NCBI GenBank assembly: GCA_044222185.1 | Contig: JBGANV010000001.1 | Coordinates: 1,248,001-1,312,000 of the forward strand | Direction of reading: 5' to 3' | Origin: Planctomycetota bacterium | Lineage (GTDB): Bacteria; Planctomycetota; GCA-002687715; CAIWVZ01 | Length of the DNA stretch: 64,000 nucleotides | Shown: piece by piece, positions 48,003-55,877 of the stretch | Position numbering within the stretch: position 1 is the first letter of the stretch | Layout: every line of letters begins with the position of its first letter | Position numbers and translations under genes: made by a program | Notes under the pieces: model-generated | What the model was told of the DNA's origin: nothing | The model's input: the letters and a program-made list of their open reading frames with translations, nothing else | Databases searched by the model: none

Positions 48003-48356
48003 ATGTCGAAACTCTCTCTGGTCGCGTGCGCCGCGCTCCTCATCACGCTCGGGGGCTGTGTCTCCGGCGAGGCGTACGGCGTCTTCACGGACGACAACGC
48101 GACGACCCTGAACGGCGAGCCGGTGTCCGGAAACAACGACTACGGTGCTCACGTCTCCAACTACGTGACGTCACAGGGGACGCATCTCGAGCACGCCTTC
48201 AAGACGGCGGGCCTGTGGCTCCTGAACACGAACTTCGAGTACCCGCCGTACGAGACGTTCCTGGACGACCAGATGCCGCGCGCCATGTGGACCATCGAGA
48301 AGACCGTCGACGTCCACCTCTTCAACTACGACTGGGACGATCCCTTCCTCGAGTGA
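48003..48356 (+). CDS. Small lipoprotein of unknown function
   Basis: GGAGGA RBS; lipobox LGGC; strongly biased codons. Confidence 0.8.
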   Translation: MSKLSLVACAALLITLGGCVSGEAYGVFTDDNATTLNGEPVSGNNDYGAHVSNYVTSQGTHLEHAFKTAGLWLLNTNFEYPPYETFLDDQMPRAMWTIEKTVDVHLFNYDWDDPFLE

Positions 48357-49291
48357 GGATCGCCGGCGCAGCCTGCGCCGAAGTCGTCAACGATCAGATC
48401 CACGACCGTGGTCGGATCGTCGCCTCGCCGGAGCGTGAACCATCGCGCGCCGGCGAGTTTTCGTAGCCACGTCAACTGTTTTCGCGCAAAGCGCCTCGTC
48501 TGGGCCTGCACCGCGTTGACGGTCTCCACCAACGTGCGCCGCCCGAGCACGAACTCGGCGACGTCGCCGTAGCCGAGCGCGTCACGCGACTCGCGACCGA
48601 ATCCCCCGTCGTCGAGGATCCGCCGCACCTCGTCCACGAATCCCGCGGTGAACATCTGCCGGACCCGTGCGTCGATGCGTTCGTCCAGGACGTCGCGTTC
48701 GAACGTCAGGACGTAGGTGCGGTGCGGGAACGCAGCCGGAACCGTCAACCGGCGCTGCAGCTCGGAGATCGGCTCGCCCGTGAGATGATGGACCTCGAGC
48801 GCCCGTTCGATCCGCTTCATGTCGTTTTCATGGATGCGACTCGCGGCCACCGGGTCCAGGCGGGACAGCCGCGCGTGCAGTGCGGGAACGCCCTGGCTGC
48901 GGGCCTCCTCCCGGAGTCCCTCTCGGAACGCCGCGTCCGCCCCGGGGCCGTCGAACACCCCGTGCAGAAGGCCCCGCAGGTACATCTGGGTGCCGCCGAC
49001 CACGACCGGACAGTGCCCTCGTTCGGCGATCTCCCTGAGCGTCGCCGTCGCCAGGTCGGTGAACCGCCGCAGGTTCATGCTCTCCCGTGGGGAGATCAGA
49101 TCCATCAGGTGATGGGGAACGCCCGCCTGCTCGCTCGGCCCCGGCTTCGCCGTCCCGATGTCCATCCCCCGATAGACCTTCATGGAGTCCAGGACGACGA
49201 CCTCGCCGGATAGCCGGCGAGCGACCTGGGCACCAACGGTGTTCTTTCCCGAAGCGGTGGTGCCCGTGAGGATGAGGACGGGGCGATTCAT
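48326..49291 (-). CDS. miaA: tRNA dimethylallyltransferase
   Basis: GTTASGK, DSMKVYRGMDIGTAKP, PHHLMD, VGGT..Y, RALEV, TRRFARKQLTW. Confidence 0.96.
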   Translation of the reverse strand: MNRPVLILTGTTASGKNTVGAQVARRLSGEVVVLDSMKVYRGMDIGTAKPGPSEQAGVPHHLMDLISPRESMNLRRFTDLATATLREIAERGHCPVVVGGTQMYLRGLLHGVFDGPGADAAFREGLREEARSQGVPALHARLSRLDPVAASRIHENDMKRIERALEVHHLTGEPISELQRRLTVPAAFPHRTYVLTFERDVLDERIDARVRQMFTAGFVDEVRRILDDGGFGRESRDALGYGDVAEFVLGRRTLVETVNAVQAQTRRFARKQLTWLRKLAGARWFTLRRGDDPTTVVDLIVDDFGAGCAGDPHSRKGSSQS

Positions 49292-49431
49292 GACGCGATG
49301 CGTAGTTCCGACTGAGGGCGGCGCACGGTAACCCGCGCAGACACCTGCAACACCGGCGACTCGGGTCCACGACGCGAGCGACGCACCGCCCCATGCCCCG
49401 CCACGCGCCCTGAGATAGAGTGCTGCCGTCG

Positions 49432-50166
49432 ATGACGTCCCAAACGATCGCGCACCCCGGCAACCCGGCCCGAACCGTCGTCGAGCGGTTGCTCGGGCTT
49501 GCGTGGACGCGGAACCTGCGAGTCCCGGCGCTGTCGGCCATCGCGCTCCTCGCCGCGATGGTCTCCGGCGGCATCCAGGCATTGGTCACCCCGGCGTGGC
49601 CTGGGAGCAACGACCCCGCGCTCGAGCCCGCGGGTTCCCCCGGGGTCATCCGCAACGGCGACCGCTTCGAATTCATCGGCACCGTGCCCTGGACGGGACG
49701 CCAGAAGGTCGGTGGCCGTGCCATCCTCTTCGGCGATTCGGCTGGCCAACCTGCGCCCGCGGCACCCTACATCCATTACACGTCGAACGGCATCGTCGTC
49801 CGCGAGAAAACGTCGGTCGAGACGGTTCAGCCCGTCGAAGCCGAACGGCGCGCGCGGATGGTGGCGTTCGCGCTCGTGCTGACCCAGTCGTTCATCTTCG
49901 GCGTGTTGTTCCTCTTCGTCGTGCGATTGATGCTCCGCGCTCGGCGCTTCGACATTCCGTTTCCAGGTCAACTCGCGCTTCTCGCGCGCGCCTTCATCCC
50001 GGCGACGCTCGTCTCCGGCGTCGTCGCGGCAGTCGTGCCCCAATCGCTCTCGGCGCTCGTTCCACAGTTCGTTCTCGCCGGCCTGTTCTCGGCGAACGTT
50101 CTCCTCGTCACTTCGAATCCCGAATTGCGTACGCCGGTCCCATCGGGCCCATCCTTCCAGGTTTGA
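49432..50166 (+). CDS. Integral membrane protein (DUF1189/Yip1-like topology)
   Basis: One N-terminal TM, periplasmic beta loop, three C-terminal TMs. Confidence 0.55.
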   Translation: MTSQTIAHPGNPARTVVERLLGLAWTRNLRVPALSAIALLAAMVSGGIQALVTPAWPGSNDPALEPAGSPGVIRNGDRFEFIGTVPWTGRQKVGGRAILFGDSAGQPAPAAPYIHYTSNGIVVREKTSVETVQPVEAERRARMVAFALVLTQSFIFGVLFLFVVRLMLRARRFDIPFPGQLALLARAFIPATLVSGVVAAVVPQSLSALVPQFVLAGLFSANVLLVTSNPELRTPVPSGPSFQV

Positions 50167-50183
50167 ACGCACCGACCCCCGTG

Positions 50184-51074
50184 ATGAAATCCACCTGCCT
50201 CGCTCTGGCGTTGCTCGCTTCGCTCGTGCCCGCTCAGACTCCGCGGTCCGATCCTGCGGCGGAGTCCCGCGCTGAATCACGCGCCGAGACCCGCGCCGAC
50301 TCCCGGCCTGCCGCGAGCGATCCAAAGGCCGTCGCGATCTTCCGAAAGGGAGCCGCTACGCAGGCGATGGACGGCAAGCCCGTCGTCATCCAGGATTTCC
50401 AGGCCGACTTCGAAGCGACGCTCTTCGAGTTCGACGAGAAGACCAAGGAGCGCCGTCCGCATTCCGCCCACCTCACCGAGTTCTGGAAACGAACCAGCGA
50501 CCCGATGGCGCGATACCGGCGGCACCTGATCGAGCCCCTCGACCAGAAGACGACGGTCCACGGGTATGACGGGAGGATCTTCTGGCAGCAGCTCGGCACC
50601 GCCGCCGCGGACGAGCTCCGCGGTCGGAATGCGCGCACGGACGTTCAAAAGATCCGCGACGAGATCAACCGGACGACGGAATTCCTGAGGCTTCTCGTTC
50701 TCTCGAATCTGGAAGACGCCGGCGTCACCTGGACCATGACCCCGACGACGAAGGTGCGGACCAATGACGCGGAACGGGACGTGGTCGGCATCCGCCGGAC
50801 GAAGGACGGCGAGCGCCCCATCGAGCTCCTCTTCGGCACGACCGACTCGCGACTCTATGCCTTCATTCGCGACGGTGACGACAAGCACCCCAAGGAGTCG
50901 ATCCTCTTCGCCGTGCATGAACCCGTCGGCGTCGCCGGGGGCCGTCTCCTCGTACCGCAGGTGATCCAGTACAAGGAGAACGACGCGCTCACGGTCGAGG
51001 CGCGCGTCGCGAAACCCACGGACCTGAAGTTCAACGTGAACCTGGAGGAGAAGCTCTTCCAGATCCCCCGCTGA
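50184..51074 (+). CDS. Periplasmic LolA-fold (lipoprotein carrier/sorting-like) protein
   Basis: Signal peptide; DPKA..I, GYDG..FW, C-terminal KFNVNLEEKLFQIP. Confidence 0.65.
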   Translation: MKSTCLALALLASLVPAQTPRSDPAAESRAESRAETRADSRPAASDPKAVAIFRKGAATQAMDGKPVVIQDFQADFEATLFEFDEKTKERRPHSAHLTEFWKRTSDPMARYRRHLIEPLDQKTTVHGYDGRIFWQQLGTAAADELRGRNARTDVQKIRDEINRTTEFLRLLVLSNLEDAGVTWTMTPTTKVRTNDAERDVVGIRRTKDGERPIELLFGTTDSRLYAFIRDGDDKHPKESILFAVHEPVGVAGGRLLVPQVIQYKENDALTVEARVAKPTDLKFNVNLEEKLFQIPR

Positions 51075-51089
51075 GGGACGCGTCCGCGC

Positions 51090-52874
51090 CTACTTCTTGC
51101 GCTGGAACTGGGTTTCCAGGTCCTTCAGCGACAACAGGAGCGACGTGTTGCGCCCGTGGGGGCAGTTGCGTGCCTCCGGATGCTCACGCTCATAGGCGAT
51201 CAAGGCGCGCACTTCCGCATCGGGCAGCGCGTCGCTGAACTTCACTGCCGCCTTGCATGCGACGGTGGCGATGACGTCGTGCAGGAGCGCATCCCGGTCG
51301 ACCGTCGCCCCTGAAGTGAGGACCTCGAGCGCCGCCTCGATGGCGCGTGCCGGATCGACCCGGCGCAGCGCGGCCGGAACGCTACGCAGGGCGATCGCAG
51401 ACGTGCCGAAGGCCTCGATGCGCAACCCGAGCCGAGCGAGGTCTGCTGCCCATGGCAGGATTCGCTCGCGGTCCGCCGCCGACACGTCGACGACGTGCGG
51501 CACGAGCAGCAGTTGATCTTCGCCATCGGAGGCGCGGAACCTCTCGAGAAGTTCGTCGAACAACTTGCGTTCGTGGAGCGCGTGCTGATCGAAGATCCGG
51601 ATCCCGTCACCCACTTCGACGACGACGTAGGAGCGGTGAACCTGGAGGAAGCGACCAGAAGGTGCGGGCTCCGGCGCGATGCCGTGAAAGAGCTGCGGCG
51701 TCCGCACCGGCAAGGCCTCCACGGGCGCCGCATCGGCAGGGGCCCGGCGCGGAAGCGACGCGAACGGCCGCACGAGCGGCGTTTCGCTCGACCATGCGGA
51801 GGACATCTGCGTCGCCCCCTCGCGGGCCACCATCGGGGCTCCGGCGTCGGTCGCTGCAGCCGATTCGCGCAGACGGACTCCGTGGCTTCCTGCCGCCCCG
51901 TCCAAGGCTCGCCGCAGCGCGCCCGTGACGAGGCCGAACAGCTTGTCCGCGTCCCGGAATCGGACCTCGGCCTTGGCGGGGTGCACGTTCACATCCACCT
52001 CCCCCGGGTCGACGGTGAGGAAGAGGAACGCGATCGGATGATCCTTGGGCATGATCAGCCCGCGGTAGGCCTCGGTGATCGCGTACGAGAGCTTTCGGTC
52101 GCGGATCGCGCGCCCGTTCAGGAACAGGTACTGCTGGCGAGCGGTGGGCCGGACAAGGTCGACCGGCGAAATGAACCCGACGAGGTGGGCGTCGCCGCGA
52201 TGAGCCTCGCATCCGAGGAGCCGCGCCGCCACGTCCTCGCCGAAGAAGCTCGCGATCCGCTCGCGGCGATCGGTGACTTCCGTCGCGGAGACCGAGCGCC
52301 TGCCGTTGTTCACGAGCTCGAGCGTCCACGCGGGGTCCGGCAACGCGAGCCGGGTGAGGACTTCGATCACCTGCGCAACCTCTGCACGGTCCTGCTTCAG
52401 GAACTGCTTTCGCGCAGGAACGTTGAAGAAGAGATTTGCGACCTCGACGCAGGTCCCCAACGGCGCCCCCGCCGGCTCGACGGCCTGCGCGCGACCGCCA
52501 TCGACGACGATGCGCGCACCGATCGGCGCGGATTTCGGTCGTGAGGTGATGGTGAGGCGGGCGACGGATCCGATCGACGGAAGCGCCTCGCCGCGGAACC
52601 CGAGCGTCGTGACGCGGAAGAGGTCGCTGACGTCGGAGATCTTCGACGTGGCGTGAGGCAGGATGCAGCGGCCCAGGTCATCCGCGGCCATCCCGACCCC
52701 GTCATCCGTGACCCGGATGAGCTTGCCGCCGCCGTCTTCGATCTCGACGCGAATGCGCCGGGCCCCGGCGTCGAGGGAGTTCTCCACGAGTTCCTTCACC
52801 ACGCTGGCGGGCCGCTCGATCACCTCGCCTGCGGCGATGCGATTGGCGATCTCGGGCGGCAGGACACGGATCAC
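51090..52874 (-). CDS. mutL: DNA mismatch repair endonuclease MutL
   Basis: IAAGEVIERPASVVKELVENSLDAGA, HATSK, GFRGEAL, DVNVHPAK, DQHALHER, ACK, CPHGR. Confidence 0.97.
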   Translation of the reverse strand: MIRVLPPEIANRIAAGEVIERPASVVKELVENSLDAGARRIRVEIEDGGGKLIRVTDDGVGMAADDLGRCILPHATSKISDVSDLFRVTTLGFRGEALPSIGSVARLTITSRPKSAPIGARIVVDGGRAQAVEPAGAPLGTCVEVANLFFNVPARKQFLKQDRAEVAQVIEVLTRLALPDPAWTLELVNNGRRSVSATEVTDRRERIASFFGEDVAARLLGCEAHRGDAHLVGFISPVDLVRPTARQQYLFLNGRAIRDRKLSYAITEAYRGLIMPKDHPIAFLFLTVDPGEVDVNVHPAKAEVRFRDADKLFGLVTGALRRALDGAAGSHGVRLRESAAATDAGAPMVAREGATQMSSAWSSETPLVRPFASLPRRAPADAAPVEALPVRTPQLFHGIAPEPAPSGRFLQVHRSYVVVEVGDGIRIFDQHALHERKLFDELLERFRASDGEDQLLLVPHVVDVSAADRERILPWAADLARLGLRIEAFGTSAIALRSVPAALRRVDPARAIEAALEVLTSGATVDRDALLHDVIATVACKAAVKFSDALPDAEVRALIAYEREHPEARNCPHGRNTSLLLSLKDLETQFQRKK

Positions 52875-54028
52875 GTCCGCCTCCGAACCGGGGCCGCCGC
52901 GCCGGCGCGCCGCAGTCCGAGAGCGTCGGCGACGAACCGGTCCACGAGAACGCGGGGCGGGCCGCCGCCGGACTTCAGCCGCTTGTCCAGGTCCACCATC
53001 GCTTCGGTTGCGCGCCGGATCGACCGTCGCTTCCAGGCCTCGACCTGGACGCGGAGCTGTTCGCGGAACATCGGCGGTGTGCGAACCGCGGACGCCGCAT
53101 CGTCGAACGACTCGCCGGCCTTCATCAGCGCGACGACCGCCCCGATGCGGCGCAGCTTCGAAGCCGTCGCCGCAGCGAGCATCATCGATATGGCCGTCTC
53201 GTCGGTGACTCGGCGCCCGCTCCCCTCGTCGATCCCGCGCTCGAAGAGTTCCGCCGACACCTCGAACGCCTTGCGGGCATCCGCCGACGCCACCGCCTCT
53301 GCAAATGCGAATGACGGGGACGTCTTGTTGACGCCGACCACGGCCTCGATGTCACCCGCCGCGATCCTCGGTCGATTGGCGGTGTACAGGGCGAGCTTGT
53401 CGAGCTCCGCGCTCAGCTCCCGCAGGTCCGTTCCCGCGAACTGATGGAGCTGGAACGCGTCCTCTGGCGAAAGTTCCTTCCCACGGAATCGCGCCTCTTC
53501 CACCACCCAGCGCGTGAGGTCGCTCTGCCACGCGGGCCCCCGGCCGCCGAACGGCGTGTCGTAGAGCGCGTCGCAGAAGACGACGACGCCGCCGCTCTTC
53601 TCCACGAGGCCGGCAAACCCGCTGGCGCCGGACTTCTTGCCGCCCCCCACCTCACCGCCGCGAGCGGGCTTGGGGACGATCGAATCGCCTTCGAAGATCA
53701 CGCGATGGCAGGCCTCACCCCCTTCGAAGAAGCGAATAAGCCGATCGGCGTGCGCCTTCACCAAGGCGTCGGCGCGACGAATGCGCAGCACGCGCTCGTC
53801 GCCAAAGAGGCTGCGCGTCCGGAGCGTGTCGAGCAGGCCGCCCAGGTCGTAGCTCTCGGCCTCCTTGGCGGCGGGTCCGTCGATGGACTCGAGGGCCAGG
53901 TCCGTGCCGTAGGCCTCGAGCAACCGTTCGATCACTCGATCGCGGAGCAACCCCTCGGCGCCGGTCACGATGGCCACGCGGACGGCCGCCAGATCCTGGC
54001 GCGATTTGAGGAACTCGAGGGCCTTCAC
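52871..54028 (-). CDS. holA: DNA polymerase III delta subunit
   Basis: G.E..L, L.T.SLFG..R, G.DL..L..ELDKL.LY, I...DI..VV, D..LKSG. Confidence 0.8.
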   Translation of the reverse strand: MKALEFLKSRQDLAAVRVAIVTGAEGLLRDRVIERLLEAYGTDLALESIDGPAAKEAESYDLGGLLDTLRTRSLFGDERVLRIRRADALVKAHADRLIRFFEGGEACHRVIFEGDSIVPKPARGGEVGGGKKSGASGFAGLVEKSGGVVVFCDALYDTPFGGRGPAWQSDLTRWVVEEARFRGKELSPEDAFQLHQFAGTDLRELSAELDKLALYTANRPRIAAGDIEAVVGVNKTSPSFAFAEAVASADARKAFEVSAELFERGIDEGSGRRVTDETAISMMLAAATASKLRRIGAVVALMKAGESFDDAASAVRTPPMFREQLRVQVEAWKRRSIRRATEAMVDLDKRLKSGGGPPRVLVDRFVADALGLRRAGAAAPVRRRT

Positions 54029-54954
54029 TGGCCGCGTCCCCCCTGGACCCAAACGGACACGAGGGCCGACGCCATGACGAGGACGCTGATGGCGACGTTC
54101 ACTTGGAAGAACGCCGTGCCGACCCGTGAAAGATCGTCCGGCCGCACGAGGCGATGCTCGTACACGAGCAAGAGAGCCACGACGCCGACTCCGCAGGCGA
54201 AGATCCACCCAAGTCCGAGCGACAGCCCGGCGAGCGCCAGGAAAACGGGGACGAACGCATGGCTGATCCGGGCAACGCGAAGCGCACCTTCGACTCCGAG
54301 GCGAGCAGGAATGCTGTGAAGGCCTTCACGTCGGTCGTGCTCGATGTCGTCGCACGCATACAGGATGTCGAATCCGGCCGTCCAGACGAGCACCGCGAGG
54401 CCGAGCCAGGCGACACCGAGGCACCCGGCGTCGAAGGCCCCATGCACCGCGAGATAGGCGCCGACTGGCGACAGCCCGAGCGCCAGCCCGAGGACGAAAT
54501 GAACGAGTGCCGTCCGGCGCTTGGCAAGCGAGTACCCGAGGATCACGAGAAGAGCCACGAACGACAGCCACCCGCACAACGGGTTCAGCCAGGCCGCGGC
54601 CAGGCAGAACGCCGCGCTCGATACGATCACGGCGGTGCGCATGGTCGCGACGGACACCTCACCCGTCACCGATGGTCGCGTGGCCGTCCGTGGATTCGTC
54701 GCATCGAAACGCCGGTCCACCAGCCGGTTGAAAGTCATGGCGGCCGTTCGCGCCGCCACCATCGCCACGAGGACGCCTGCGAAGACCGCTCCCAGCGGTC
54801 GCTCGTGCACGGAAGCCGAGCGCCACCCCACGACGAACCCCGTGATCGCGTACGGCAAGGCAAACAACGTGTGCGAAAAGCGGATCAGCCGCAGAAACAC
54901 CGGCAGTCCGGTGCTGCGTGGCGGGACCATGGAGGTGGGCGCCCCGGGCGACAT
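54025..54954 (-). CDS. UbiA family prenyltransferase (MqnP-like)
   Basis: IRFSHTLFALP, ARTAAMTFNRLVDRRFDATNPRT..RP, W.AGFDILYA..D..HD. Confidence 0.9.
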   Translation of the reverse strand: MSPGAPTSMVPPRSTGLPVFLRLIRFSHTLFALPYAITGFVVGWRSASVHERPLGAVFAGVLVAMVAARTAAMTFNRLVDRRFDATNPRTATRPSVTGEVSVATMRTAVIVSSAAFCLAAAWLNPLCGWLSFVALLVILGYSLAKRRTALVHFVLGLALGLSPVGAYLAVHGAFDAGCLGVAWLGLAVLVWTAGFDILYACDDIEHDRREGLHSIPARLGVEGALRVARISHAFVPVFLALAGLSLGLGWIFACGVGVVALLLVYEHRLVRPDDLSRVGTAFFQVNVAISVLVMASALVSVWVQGGRGQ

Positions 54955-55005
54955 GGACCGGAATTCTGACCGCAGACGCGCGCCCCGCAAACCCTGGGAC
55001 GGGAA

Positions 55006-55755
55006 TCAGGCAGCCCAGACGCAGAGCAGGTCGTAGATCACGTGCGTGTAGCACGCGACCCCGAAACCCCGGATCACGAAAAGACCTCCCAGGAGCACGC
55101 CCGCCAGGAACCGGAACGCGAAGACGCGAGCCACGAAGGGTTCGCTCGCGAGACCGACGTGGTGAAACAGAGCAAACAGGAAGCTCGAGAGGAACAACGG
55201 GATGCTGACGGCCCAAAACTGACTCAGGTGGAGGACACGTCGCAACGGGAGGTAGAGGCCGGCAACGCCGGCCAATCGGAACAGGACCTCCTCGTAGAAC
55301 CCCGCGCCCAGCGACAAGACCGTCGCCTCGATCCGTGGATCCGTGGGAAGCCCGCCGATGGACAGGCTCCTCCCCGACATGAGCAGCACGAGTGGCGCGA
55401 GGATGCAGGCGTAGATCGTGCTTTCCAGCACCACCGGCACGATCAGTCCCACGGGCGACGCGAGCCGGCGCCTGGGGACGAACGCAGCGACGAGGATCGC
55501 GATCAACACGGTGACGTTCAGGATGAGCGTCCCCGGCCGGCCCAACTGGGTGAGCAGGTCGTTCACCAGGACGTGAGCCGCGTTGCGCGTGCGGGCACCC
55601 GTGGCGATCAGACCGATCTCGTACAGGAGGACGACGGGCGCGGTGAGCAGGATGGACGCCGAGCCGGTGGAACTTTCACGCAGGTAGCGCTGGAGCGTGA
55701 AGTCGTCGTCGTTGCGCTTTCGATTGCCGGCGCGTGTCGGCTGCTTCGTGGCCAC
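55006..55755 (-). CDS. CPBP (Abi/CAAX) intramembrane glutamic endopeptidase
   Basis: EEVLFR, FALFHH, HVIYD motifs in a polytopic protein. Confidence 0.88.
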   Translation of the reverse strand: MATKQPTRAGNRKRNDDDFTLQRYLRESSTGSASILLTAPVVLLYEIGLIATGARTRNAAHVLVNDLLTQLGRPGTLILNVTVLIAILVAAFVPRRRLASPVGLIVPVVLESTIYACILAPLVLLMSGRSLSIGGLPTDPRIEATVLSLGAGFYEEVLFRLAGVAGLYLPLRRVLHLSQFWAVSIPLFLSSFLFALFHHVGLASEPFVARVFAFRFLAGVLLGGLFVIRGFGVACYTHVIYDLLCVWAA

Positions 55756-55877
55756 GTCCGATCGTATGGCGCGCGTCCTCTGCCGGCAAACGACCGAGGC
55801 CGGTTACCGCACCCCCGATGGGAGTGGCGGACCGGCCTCGATGGCGTCACGACGGCGCGCGCGCCGTCACGCGGTGA

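Noticed and set aside
51140-51600. MutL motif variants (DQHALHERKLFD, CPHGRN) and MiaA P-loop GTTASGKN as loss of function
   Set aside because: Single substitutions with all other motifs intact; no evidence of inactivation
52535-52550. TSRP in MutL as another ESRP tag
   Set aside because: Part of the conserved L.ITSR strand of the MutL ATPase domain, not a linker
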